64,000 nt of DNA from Thermoanaerobaculia bacterium. Its GTDB lineage: Bacteria > Acidobacteriota > Thermoanaerobaculia > Multivoradales > Multivoraceae. The DNA lies in contig OY761158.1 of the NCBI GenBank assembly GCA_963664405.1, positions 5,472,001 through 5,536,000 of the forward strand, written 5' to 3'. The position numbers were made by a program, and so were the translations under genes. The notes beneath the pieces were generated by a model, which was not told the origin of the DNA, ran no database searches, and saw nothing but the letters and a program-made list of their open reading frames with translations. Position 1 is the first letter of the stretch. Every line of letters begins with the position of its first letter. Positions 47,613-56,591 of this stretch are shown here, piece after piece.

Positions 47613-48884
47613 TCAGAGACTGTTGAGCCCAACGCCGATCGCCGTAGTCAGCCGCCCCAGATCGTCGCTGTCGATCACCAGAGGCGGCATGAGATAGATC
47701 AAGTCGCTGAAGGGCCTGATCCATACTCCGGCGTCCACAAAGAGCTCCTGGAGGGCGGCGACCGGAACCGCGGCACGGGCCTGGACGACACCTATGGCGC
47801 CGAAGACGCGAACGTCGGAGACGGCTCGATGGCTCCGATAAGGCTCGAGCTCACCACTGAGCTGTGCCTCGATGGCGGCCACGCGGCTTTGCCAGGGACC
47901 GTCGAGAAGGAGCTCGATACTCTTGCGGGCGACCGCGCAGGCGAGAGGGTTGGCCATGAAAGTGGGTCCGTGCATGAGCACGCCTCCGTCGCCGGAGATC
48001 CCTTCCGCAACCCTGCGATTGGTCAAGGTCGCTGCCTGACTGAGATAGCCGCCGGTCATCGCCTTGCCGAGACAAAGGATGTCGGGCTCGACCTGCGCGT
48101 GCTCGCTTGCGAAGAGGCGCCCGGTGCGGCCGAACCCCGTTGCGATCTCATCCAGAATAAGGAGTACGTCGAACTTCCGGCAGAGCTCGGCGACCAGTTT
48201 CAGGTACTCCGGAGAGTAGAACCACATGCCGCCGGCGCCCTGGACGACGGGCTCGAGGATCACAGCCGCCAACTCCTGATGATGCGCTGTAATGGCTCGC
48301 TCGATCTCGTCCGAATCGCTCGGGTGGAGCGGCTCTCCGGGTCGCGTTCTCGGCCTCTCGACGAACAAGTGCTGCGGCATCACCGGGCGGAAGCGCTCGT
48401 GCATCCCGCTCACCGGGTCGCAGACGCTCATCGCACCGAAGGTGTCACCGTGGTAACCGCCTTTGATCGTGAGCAATCGGCTTTTCTCACTTCGCCCCTG
48501 TGCGCCCCAAAACTGAATCGCCATCTTGATCGCGACTTCTACCGCGACCGAGCCTGAGTCTGAGAAGAAGACGTGTTGGAGCGCATCGGGTGTGATCCGG
48601 ATGAGCTCGCGTGCGAGCTCGATCGCCGGCTCGTGAGTGAGGCCTCCGAACATCACATGAGCGGTCTTTCGCAGCTGCGCCTCGATCGCGGCGTTCAACT
48701 CCGGATGGTTGTAGCCGTGGATGACACACCACCAGGACGCCATTCCGTCGATGAGCTCGCGACCGTCCGCCAACCGAATGCGCACGCCCTCGGCCGAGAC
48801 GGCTTCGTAGGTGCGGAGCGGCTCCGTCATCGAAGTGTAGGGGTGCCAGATATGGCGCCGATCGAAGTCGAGAAGGTCGCTCAT
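47613..48884 (-). CDS. bioA: Adenosylmethionine-8-amino-7-oxononanoate transaminase
   Basis: HIWHPYT, DGMASWW, SGSVAVE, DEIATGFGRTG, LGKAMTGG, HGPTFMANPL. Confidence 0.96.
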   Translation of the reverse strand: MSDLLDFDRRHIWHPYTSMTEPLRTYEAVSAEGVRIRLADGRELIDGMASWWCVIHGYNHPELNAAIEAQLRKTAHVMFGGLTHEPAIELARELIRITPDALQHVFFSDSGSVAVEVAIKMAIQFWGAQGRSEKSRLLTIKGGYHGDTFGAMSVCDPVSGMHERFRPVMPQHLFVERPRTRPGEPLHPSDSDEIERAITAHHQELAAVILEPVVQGAGGMWFYSPEYLKLVAELCRKFDVLLILDEIATGFGRTGRLFASEHAQVEPDILCLGKAMTGGYLSQAATLTNRRVAEGISGDGGVLMHGPTFMANPLACAVARKSIELLLDGPWQSRVAAIEAQLSGELEPYRSHRAVSDVRVFGAIGVVQARAAVPVAALQELFVDAGVWIRPFSDLIYLMPPLVIDSDDLGRLTTAIGVGLNSL

Positions 48885-49567
48885 TGCAGCAGCAAGTCTA
48901 AGTCCAGATGGTCGTCGGCAGTTTCAGATTCGCCGCTGCCGAGGTAGGGAACAACTCCGAGACAGGGGGCGCTGAGGCGGTCCCGTAGTGTCGCCACGTT
49001 CCGGTCTAGAAAAGGCATCGTTTCGCCGAGGCAGTTGGCGGCCCATCCGGCCAGGCTCAAACCGGAGCGCTCGATTGCGGCGGCAGTCAGGAGTGCGTGA
49101 TTGAGGCAGCCGAGCTTCATGCCGACGACCAGGACGACGTCTGCTTCGAGAACGACGCAGAGATCGGCCAGGGTCTCGTGACCGTTGAGGGGAACCAGCC
49201 AACCTCCCGCTCCTTCGATCAGAACGAGGTCGGCGCCGTCCCAGTCGGGCTCACGGCAGTGTGCTGCCAGCTCTGCAACGGTGATCTCGCGGCCCGCAAG
49301 CTCCAGGGCGATGTGGGGTGCGATGGCGGGCTCGAGGGCGACGGGGTTGACGAGCTCATAGTCGAGCTCCGAGTCGGCCGCCGCGATTAGCTCGAGAGCA
49401 TCGTCATTACGCCACTCACCGTCTTCCAGCCGGCAGCCGGCGGCGATCGGCTTGAGCCCTAAACAGTTCAGCCCACGCTGGGTCGCCGTACGCAGGATCG
49501 CACTCGCGATCAAGGTCTTGCCGACTTCGGTGTCTGTCCCGGTGACGAAGAGAGGCCTGCGCCGCAT
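48881..49567 (-). CDS. bioD: Dethiobiotin synthase
   Basis: FVTGTDTEVGKT, KPIAAG, IEGAGG, LGCLNHALLT. Confidence 0.96.
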   Translation of the reverse strand: MRRRPLFVTGTDTEVGKTLIASAILRTATQRGLNCLGLKPIAAGCRLEDGEWRNDDALELIAAADSELDYELVNPVALEPAIAPHIALELAGREITVAELAAHCREPDWDGADLVLIEGAGGWLVPLNGHETLADLCVVLEADVVLVVGMKLGCLNHALLTAAAIERSGLSLAGWAANCLGETMPFLDRNVATLRDRLSAPCLGVVPYLGSGESETADDHLDLDLLLQ

Positions 49568-50754
49568 CAGAGGTCGCTAGCTCCCTGGCGCGCGATCTCG
49601 AGTGCTTCTAGGAGCCGATCCACGTCTTCCTCGGTGTGAGCTGCAGTCAAGGTGATCCGCAGGCGCGAAGTCCCCTCTGGAACCGTCGGCGGACGAATGG
49701 CGGTGCAAAAACAGCCTTGGTCTTCGAGTGTCCGGCTGGCGGCTAGGGTGCGCGCCGGTTCTCCGAGAATTAAAGGCTGGATGGGGGACTGTGAACATCC
49801 CAGCTCGAAGCCGATCTGTGCAGCTCCCGTTCGAAAGCGTTCAATCAACTGCACGAGGCGCTCGCGACGCCACTCCTCTGTTCTGGCGATGGTCAAGCTC
49901 TCGAGGGTGGCGACGGCGATCGCGGAGGGCATGGCGGTGGTGAAGATGTAGTTGCGCGAACGCTGAATGAGCGTCTCGATCAGCTCCTCGCTACCGGCTG
50001 CGAAGGCGCCGAAAGTACCGAGTGCCTTACCGAAGGTACCGATCAGAACGGGGATGTCGTCCGTCGAATAGCGCGACGGGTCGGCCAGCCCGACACCCTC
50101 TCGGCCGTGGACTCCGAAGCCGTGGGCGTCATCGATCATGACCCATGCCTTGTTGTGTCGGGCGAGGGCGATCAATGCGTCGATGTCGCATTGGTCTCCA
50201 TCCATGCTGAAGGTGCCATCACTGACGATCAGTTTGCGGTTGGGGGAGCCGGCGACATGGTCCAGCTCTCGTCCGAGATGCTCGGAGTCGCGATGACCGT
50301 ACCAGGTGAAGGCGGCTCGGCTGATCCAACCGCCGTCCAAGAGTGACGCGTGGTTGAGTCGATCTTCGAAGACGTGATCGCCGACACTCAGAAGCGCGTT
50401 GAGGACGCCGACATTGGCGCCGTAGCCGCTGGAGTAGAGGAGCGCACGGGGCCGCCCGGTGAGCTCGGCCAGTGCTTGCTCGAGATCTTCATGGGCGCGA
50501 GTGTGCCCGGAAATGAGGTGCGAGGCTCCAGCGCCGGTCCCCCAGCGATCGACCCCGGCTTTGAGCGCGTCTCCGATGCGCGGGTCGGCGGCCAGGCCGA
50601 GATAGTCGTTGCTCGAGAAGTTGAGGAGCTCGCGACCGTCGACTCGAACCAGACGCCCTTGGGGGCCCTCCAAAGTTCGAAGGCTTCGATACATGTCTCG
50701 CTTCCTAGCGTCGTCGAGACGTGGCTGGAGATCGTCGAAACCGTTGTCGTTCAT
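49567..50754 (-). CDS. bioF: 8-amino-7-oxononanoate synthase
   Basis: [38 protein letters not shown]. Confidence 0.95.
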   Translation of the reverse strand: MNDNGFDDLQPRLDDARKRDMYRSLRTLEGPQGRLVRVDGRELLNFSSNDYLGLAADPRIGDALKAGVDRWGTGAGASHLISGHTRAHEDLEQALAELTGRPRALLYSSGYGANVGVLNALLSVGDHVFEDRLNHASLLDGGWISRAAFTWYGHRDSEHLGRELDHVAGSPNRKLIVSDGTFSMDGDQCDIDALIALARHNKAWVMIDDAHGFGVHGREGVGLADPSRYSTDDIPVLIGTFGKALGTFGAFAAGSEELIETLIQRSRNYIFTTAMPSAIAVATLESLTIARTEEWRRERLVQLIERFRTGAAQIGFELGCSQSPIQPLILGEPARTLAASRTLEDQGCFCTAIRPPTVPEGTSRLRITLTAAHTEEDVDRLLEALEIARQGASDL

Positions 50755-50875
50755 ACCCGGGTTCCGCGGCAGTGGGCAGCGGAGCATACCGTATGGGGGC
50801 ATCGAAGCTGGTGCGCCGCCCGCGCACGCACAGACCCCAAGACATGGAATAATCGCGCACCCGAGGAGAATGCTC

Positions 50876-51880
50876 ATGACCGAGACTGCCCGCTTGAACG
50901 ACTCCGATCTCAGCGCCACCAGACATGACTGGACCCTCGAAGAGGTGGAGGCTCTGTTCGAGCTTCCCTTCGGAGACCTCGTCTACGAGGCGCAGACGGC
51001 CCTTCGTCGTTACTTCGACCCGCACGAGATTCAGCTTTCGACCCTGCGCAGCATCAAGACCGGCGGCTGTCCGGAGGACTGCAAGTACTGTCCACAGAGC
51101 GCGCACTACGAAGTGGGCCTCGAGTCGCAGGCGCTGGACTCAAAAGAAGACGTAGTCGCCGCGGCCCGTCGAGCCCGTGCTGCAGGGGCGACTCGTTTCT
51201 GTATGGGCGCGGCCTGGCGATCACCGACCGATGAAGGTCTAGCCAGGGTTGCCGAGATGGTCGAGTCGGTTCGCGATCTTGGCATGGAGACCTGTGTCAC
51301 CTTGGGAATGCTCTCCGAGAGTCAGGCTCAGCGACTTGCCGATGTCGGGCTCGACTACTACAACCACAACCTCGACACCTCCCCCGAGCACTATCAGAAG
51401 ATCATCTCCACCCGTACCTACCAGGATCGCCTCGACACCCTCGGCCACGTTCGTAGTGCCGGCATCAAGGTCTGTTGCGGCGGCATCGTGGGAATGGGGG
51501 AGTCCCGGCGCGACCGAGCGGGCCTTCTGCGCGAGTTGGCAAACCTTCCCGAGCATCCCGAGTCTGTGCCGATCAACATGCTGGTCCAGGTCGAAGGCAC
51601 GCCACTTCACGGCACCGAGGCCCTCGACCCACTCGAGTTCGTTCGCTCCATCGCGGTGGCGCGCATCATGATGCCGGCCTCGAGGGTCAGGCTGTCCGCT
51701 GGCCGCACCGATATGTCGCAGGAAACGCAGGCGCTCTGCTTCCTCGCCGGCGCGAATTCGATCTTTTGCGGCGACAAGCTGCTGACAACGCCGAATCCCG
51801 CTCAGGATGCCGACATGATGATGCTCGAGAACCTAGGCCTCCGCCCCGCAGCCTTAGCCCAAACAGACGCCCCGGCCTAG
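50876..51880 (+). CDS. bioB: Biotin synthase
   Basis: [34 protein letters not shown]; GAGGAG RBS. Confidence 0.97.
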   Translation: MTETARLNDSDLSATRHDWTLEEVEALFELPFGDLVYEAQTALRRYFDPHEIQLSTLRSIKTGGCPEDCKYCPQSAHYEVGLESQALDSKEDVVAAARRARAAGATRFCMGAAWRSPTDEGLARVAEMVESVRDLGMETCVTLGMLSESQAQRLADVGLDYYNHNLDTSPEHYQKIISTRTYQDRLDTLGHVRSAGIKVCCGGIVGMGESRRDRAGLLRELANLPEHPESVPINMLVQVEGTPLHGTEALDPLEFVRSIAVARIMMPASRVRLSAGRTDMSQETQALCFLAGANSIFCGDKLLTTPNPAQDADMMMLENLGLRPAALAQTDAPA

Positions 51881-51904
51881 AAGCGAGGACCCTTCGGAGG
51901 ATCC

Positions 51905-51971
51905 GGATGCGCCGTCCTCGGCGCCATGTTCAGTAGTCGGAGGAAGTGATAGCCATCACTTCCGGAGACTA
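51905..51971 (+). repeat. Two-hairpin intergenic repeat, copy B
   Basis: GGAT-GCGCCG-TCCT-CGGCGC-CATG...TAGTC-GGA-GGAAGTGAT-N4-ATCACTTCC-GGA-GACTA. Confidence 0.85.
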
Positions 51972-52394
51972 ACGCTCAGCAGGATCTGAGCCGTCGCGGG
52001 GAGCGCCGGTGCCGGAGGAACCGGCGAAGAGTCGACGGCCGTCGGGGAAAGTGACATCGCGGCCGTTGGCCCTGAGCCGCCCGTCGATCGCCTGATAGCC
52101 CTCGACAAGCACCTCGGTGCCAGGCATGACTGAGTCTTTCTTCCAGCCTCGGCGCACCAGCGCGCCAGGGGGACCGGCCTCGATCATCCACTGCTCGACC
52201 GTGCCGTCCTCGCCGGTGACCTCGAGGTGCATCCATGAGTGAGGGTTGATCCACTCCATCTTGGTGATCTTGCCCCGCAGCTTGACCGGTTTGGTCGCGT
52301 CGAACTCGGCGGAGAAAGCATGATGGGCTGTGGCGGGGGGGCCACTGAGGACGACCGCGAGCCCGGCCATGATGATGGCTAGTCTTGATTGCAT
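51969..52394 (-). CDS. DUF6152-type secreted protein
   Basis: Signal peptide then AHHAFSAEFD, WINPHSW, W.IE, PGTEVLVEGY. Confidence 0.8.
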   Translation of the reverse strand: MQSRLAIIMAGLAVVLSGPPATAHHAFSAEFDATKPVKLRGKITKMEWINPHSWMHLEVTGEDGTVEQWMIEAGPPGALVRRGWKKDSVMPGTEVLVEGYQAIDGRLRANGRDVTFPDGRRLFAGSSGTGAPRDGSDPAER

Positions 52395-52403
52395 CGTCTC
52401 TCC

Positions 52404-54158
52404 TCAGTACTGGGTGGCGGCGTCGCCCGCCTTCTCTTTCGCACGCGCGCCGCTGAGAATGTTGGTCATGCCGTAGTTGCCTTCGTGACAAGCGTACTCC
52501 ACCAGCTCGTACTGACCCTCATCCAGCTCGAACTCGAACCTGCCGGTCCAAGGTTTCGTCCAGATCGTCGGATCGTCCACCGTGAAGCGGTACTCGATCG
52601 TACCTTCGCTGGTGCGGGTGAATCGCTCCACGAGCTTCAGGTTGGGGCCGGAGCCCCGGTAGGGAGCTCTACCGTTGAAATTCGTCACCTCGACAACGAG
52701 TGTGTCGCCCTCCCAACGGCCCCGTGAGTCTCCCAACCACTGGCTCAGGTCGGCTCCCAGATGGGCGCGTCCGTCGGTGGGGATGATGCGGGTCTCGTGG
52801 ATCATCTCTTTCTGAATCGCAACGAAGCCGGGGCTTTGCACAATCTGCAGGCCATTGTTGTAGATCCCTGGCATCATCGTGCCAGGGAGCCCGCGGGTGA
52901 TGCAGCGAACGAAGTTGGGGAGATCTTCCGGACCCTCGGGGAGGCCGTAGCCTCCGCCGGCTCTCTCTTCGGCATCTTGCTTCTTGACGCTCTCGGCCCT
53001 CGGCGGGAGGCGACCGTCAGGGGGGTCGATCACCATTGCCACCTGCGTGGAGGGCGCCGACTTCACGTAGCCCAAGGTGGTGTCGCGCCACTCTCTTTCG
53101 TATCCCCAGATGCTGCCCAGAGTTCCTCGCTCGCGACGCGCCGCGGCCTCTTCCGGCGTCAACGCCTCTTTCTCGCCCGTGTCTTTGGGGCGCTCGAGAG
53201 GGATGCCATGCGCCGCGTTCCCGGTCCAGATGCCCTGCAAGTCCGGCTCGCCCCAGGGAGTGCGCGGGACCGTATACGGGGCGCTGTCGGCGATCTCTGT
53301 CGCGTCCGCCATCGTGGTCGAGGAAGCCGTCACTCCGGCCCACCCCGACTCGACGACGGCGACCCTCACCTGATCGGGGCCGACCAGAAACGCGCGCTTG
53401 GCGGAGGAACGGCCGTTTTCCGGTGCCCGCGGTTTAGCCACGAAATCGGCGCCCGCCTTCTTCATTTTCTTTGCCGCCGCGTCGAGGTCAGTTACCACGA
53501 AGCTCAGATGATCGATCGAGCGCCCTTCGGTGGCGGCGGGCTCGCCCTCGGGCTGGCGCGAAACCAGGAGCCACACAGGACCGAATCGGAGCCCGTCCGC
53601 TCGCCCCTTGAGGCTCGCCTCTTCGCCGCCCAAGACGTCTCGATACCACGCCAGGGTCGCATCGGGATCGGTGGAGCGAAGGTGGAGGTGATGGAAGCCG
53701 AGAGTTTCGGAATCTTCCACCAGCTCGATCCTGGTTCCCCATGGATCGAAGATGAAGCCATATTTGAAAAGCCCTGGAAGCTCGTGGACGGTAGCGCCGT
53801 CGGCGAACCTCTGCAGCCTGACTCCGGATCCGCGAACGCCGACTGCTTCGAGCTCGGCCATCTTTGCGGTGAGGTCGGCGAAGGAGAAGCTGATGTGATC
53901 CACGCCGGTGCCCGGGCTGCCACCGACGGTCATCTGAGACTCGAAGACGATCTCCGCACTGCCGCAGTCGGAGGCGTCGCTCCGCTCCTCGATCGGCTGG
54001 CACCCGAGGTGCCTTGCGTACCACTTGACCGCCTCCGAAGTGTTGGGAACCGAGAGATGGACATGGTGGTAGCCGGCTGCTTCGACCGTTCCTGGAAGGG
54101 TGAGGAGCAGAGCCGCCGTGCCCCAGAGAGCCGTGCTGCGAGCATTTTGTTTGATCAT
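52404..54158 (-). CDS. Secreted tandem VOC/glyoxalase domains fused to an uncharacterised PRTPWG-PDLQGIW domain
   Basis: HHVHL..WY, DHISF, DPWGTRIEL, second HHLHL/DHLSF; then PRTPWGEPDLQGIW, RCITRG, GDSRGRWEGDTLVV, EYACHEGN. Confidence 0.8.
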   Translation of the reverse strand: MIKQNARSTALWGTAALLLTLPGTVEAAGYHHVHLSVPNTSEAVKWYARHLGCQPIEERSDASDCGSAEIVFESQMTVGGSPGTGVDHISFSFADLTAKMAELEAVGVRGSGVRLQRFADGATVHELPGLFKYGFIFDPWGTRIELVEDSETLGFHHLHLRSTDPDATLAWYRDVLGGEEASLKGRADGLRFGPVWLLVSRQPEGEPAATEGRSIDHLSFVVTDLDAAAKKMKKAGADFVAKPRAPENGRSSAKRAFLVGPDQVRVAVVESGWAGVTASSTTMADATEIADSAPYTVPRTPWGEPDLQGIWTGNAAHGIPLERPKDTGEKEALTPEEAAARRERGTLGSIWGYEREWRDTTLGYVKSAPSTQVAMVIDPPDGRLPPRAESVKKQDAEERAGGGYGLPEGPEDLPNFVRCITRGLPGTMMPGIYNNGLQIVQSPGFVAIQKEMIHETRIIPTDGRAHLGADLSQWLGDSRGRWEGDTLVVEVTNFNGRAPYRGSGPNLKLVERFTRTSEGTIEYRFTVDDPTIWTKPWTGRFEFELDEGQYELVEYACHEGNYGMTNILSGARAKEKAGDAATQY

Positions 54159-54183
54159 GCGATACCTCCGGTTCACTGCGGGT

Positions 54184-54996
54184 CTATTCGGACGGTTGCT
54201 TGCGCAGATGGCCGTACAGGAGCTCTTCAGAGAATTCTACGCATTTGAATTCCAAGACTTGAGCGTTCTCTTCCAGACGCCGATAGAGCGGCATGCTGAT
54301 CTTCCAGGGACGTGTGAACACTTTAGGGTCCTCGAGGGTCGCTTCATACATCAACGCGTTCGCGTTGATCGGCGTGTAGCGCTCGACCACCTGAAGAGTG
54401 TCGCTGGCGAAGTTACCGGCGCGGTCCAACCAGGCTTGCCCGTTGAAGCCGGCGACGACGACGACCAGCGTATCGCCCTCCCAGCGGCCGTGCGAGCGGC
54501 CCATCCAACTATCGATGGGTGCCGGCTCGGGGTTCTCTTGGTCCATGTGGATCGTTCGGTTCGCTTCGGCGAAGCCGTAGACGATCATGATCTTTCCGGT
54601 TCCCTGGAGAATGTGGAACGGATAGGGCATATAGGTCGCACGCGGAACTCCAGGCAGATAGCACTTGGCTTCGGGATCCGCGGCCGGTCGGCCGTCGAAG
54701 TTCTTCCTCTTTTGTTCGAGTGCGGCAGGCTGATAGGGAATCTCGTTGCCGACGACGACACCCTGTCCGGGCGGTACGGCGCCGATCGCTCCCAGCTCGG
54801 TGGGGCCCGCGCTTGCGGGATGATCCTGCAGATCCCAGTATGCCGTGCCGATCGCCTGCCAGATGCCATTGAGGTCGGGATGACCGTCGTGGGCTCGCGG
54901 AATCTGGCCGGTCTGCGCCTCACCTGGTGCTGAGGCGAGTGCCAGAAACAGCGCGGCGCCGGCAAACACATTCATCTCTCTCAGCCGACTGTTCAT
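54184..54996 (-). CDS. Secreted hypothetical protein of the same PDL.GIW/WEGDTLVV family
   Basis: IPRAHDGHPDLNGIW, DPEAKCYLPGVPR, GRSHGRWEGDTLVV, EFKCVE; start uncertain. Confidence 0.8.
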   Translation of the reverse strand: MNSRLREMNVFAGAALFLALASAPGEAQTGQIPRAHDGHPDLNGIWQAIGTAYWDLQDHPASAGPTELGAIGAVPPGQGVVVGNEIPYQPAALEQKRKNFDGRPAADPEAKCYLPGVPRATYMPYPFHILQGTGKIMIVYGFAEANRTIHMDQENPEPAPIDSWMGRSHGRWEGDTLVVVVAGFNGQAWLDRAGNFASDTLQVVERYTPINANALMYEATLEDPKVFTRPWKISMPLYRRLEENAQVLEFKCVEFSEELLYGHLRKQPSE

Positions 54997-55056
54997 CCGA
55001 TGAAGCTCCCTTGGGTTCAGACTCACTGCTCTATATACCCCTCGCCGCCCGTGCGG

Positions 55057-55836
55057 TCAATGCGCTCCCATCCACAGACCGGCAACAGAGAATGCAACAC
55101 CGCTCGCGATGGCCACTACCCTACCTCTCGGAACGACCTTCTCGACGAGCACAAATGCGGCGATGGCGGCGACCCAGAGCAGGTTCATCACGCCTCCAAC
55201 GAAGAGGAGACCCATCAAAAACCAGCAACAGCCGACGCAGAAGAGGCCGTGCTCCATCCCCATTCGCAGGGCTCCTCTTGTCCCGGTGCGCCAGTGCTGC
55301 ATGATGAAGCTCATCGGGGAGCGACAGTGGGCAAGGCAAGCATGCTTCAGCGGTGTGAGCTGGTAGACGCCCGCCGCGATGAGGATCACAGCACCCAGGT
55401 AGTTGCTCTTCGAGACCATCATCGGCGACAGTAGGGCGGCTCGTTCCAGCGCCCACTGCAGCACGGTCGCGATCAGGCTGAATACGGTCCAGGCCAGGAG
55501 GTAGCCGGTTGCGAAAGCGGCGGTGGGCGTGAGGGGTCGCCCCTGCTCCTTTTCGCGTCGGTAAACTCGCGCATAGATGAGGATCAGCGGCGCCGCCGAC
55601 GGCACCATCATCGCCACCATCATCACCGTCCACATCAGAAACATCAGCGCGAAGTCGGTAGTTGACCAGGGCTGTATCTGCGCGCCCGCCATGGCCTCCG
55701 GCATCGACATCGTGCCCATGTCGCCCGCCATCGAGAAGAGGTAGAGCCAAGAGAGAAGCGTGATCGCTGCAAGGCCTGCGAGGACCACTCCGCGGTCTCG
55801 AAGCAGGACTCGCTCGATAGGAGATTGCTCGCTCAA
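55057..55836 (-). CDS. DUF2182-type predicted metal-binding integral membrane protein
   Basis: MWTVMMVAMMVP, YQLTPLKHACLAHCR, CVGCCWFLM, VLVEK. Confidence 0.85.
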   Translation of the reverse strand: MSEQSPIERVLLRDRGVVLAGLAAITLLSWLYLFSMAGDMGTMSMPEAMAGAQIQPWSTTDFALMFLMWTVMMVAMMVPSAAPLILIYARVYRREKEQGRPLTPTAAFATGYLLAWTVFSLIATVLQWALERAALLSPMMVSKSNYLGAVILIAAGVYQLTPLKHACLAHCRSPMSFIMQHWRTGTRGALRMGMEHGLFCVGCCWFLMGLLFVGGVMNLLWVAAIAAFVLVEKVVPRGRVVAIASGVAFSVAGLWMGAH

Positions 55837-55843
55837 TTCGACT

Positions 55844-56476
55844 CTAGACCGGGCCGCGTGGAGTCATGTGGAGGATGTAGATGTGGCCGTGTCGCCCCGC
55901 CCATTGATGCACGATCGGGGCGCTGCTGGTAACTTCGCTGCTGCAGTACTCAGCCTCGCGATATTCGAAGCCGTGAGGGAGCGTCACTCTGGCACGATGC
56001 TCGGCGCCGGTGACCGGATTCTTGATCGCCTCGGTGCTGGCCTCGACGATGCCAGGCACAGCAAAGCTTCCTCGCCTGCTCTCGAGGTCGACCTCGAAGT
56101 CGATGGCGGCCGAGATCGGATCGTGAATCTTGCTGTAGGTGGTCGCGAATACGTTGAAGATGGTGGCACCCGGCTCGGTCTCTTCACCTGAGAGGATCTT
56201 GATCAGGCCATCCTTCTGCGCTGCCTCCGCCGCCTCGTCGATGATCATCGCGACCTCGCCATCGCCGTGGTGCACGGCCCCCGGCCAGGCGAAGAGGGTG
56301 ACGCAGCGAAGGCCGGCGAGGGAGATGTCGCCGAAGTGGCCTTGCTCGATCTCGGTGGCGAAGGCGGCCCGGCAGTTCCCCTGGGTGGGGAGGGCGTTGA
56401 ACTGGCAAGGACAGCCCCAGTCGCAGTTACAGGCGTTGATCGAGGGTCCCTTGATCTCCCATTCAACGTAACTCAT
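55844..56476 (-). CDS. DUF1326-type protein
   Basis: CNCDWGCPCQF..PT.G.C, WPGAVHHGDG, IKNPVTG. Confidence 0.85.
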   Translation of the reverse strand: MSYVEWEIKGPSINACNCDWGCPCQFNALPTQGNCRAAFATEIEQGHFGDISLAGLRCVTLFAWPGAVHHGDGEVAMIIDEAAEAAQKDGLIKILSGEETEPGATIFNVFATTYSKIHDPISAAIDFEVDLESRRGSFAVPGIVEASTEAIKNPVTGAEHRARVTLPHGFEYREAEYCSSEVTSSAPIVHQWAGRHGHIYILHMTPRGPV

Positions 56477-56490
56477 CTCCGTAGCCCCTG

Positions 56491-56557
56491 TAGCCTCCAT
56501 AAGTGATTGTTATCACTTCTTCCGGCGATTTGACATGGCGCCGCGGACGGCGCATTC
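56491..56557 (-). repeat. Two-hairpin intergenic repeat, copy C (inverted, diverged)
   Basis: Minus strand: GAAT-GCGCCG-TCCG-CGGCGC-CATG...TCGCC-GGA-AGAAGTGAT-N4-ATCACTTAT-GGA-GGCTA. Confidence 0.8.
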
Positions 56558-56591
56558 GGGAGATAAGAGACTCGGAGTGAAGAGATTGCCG

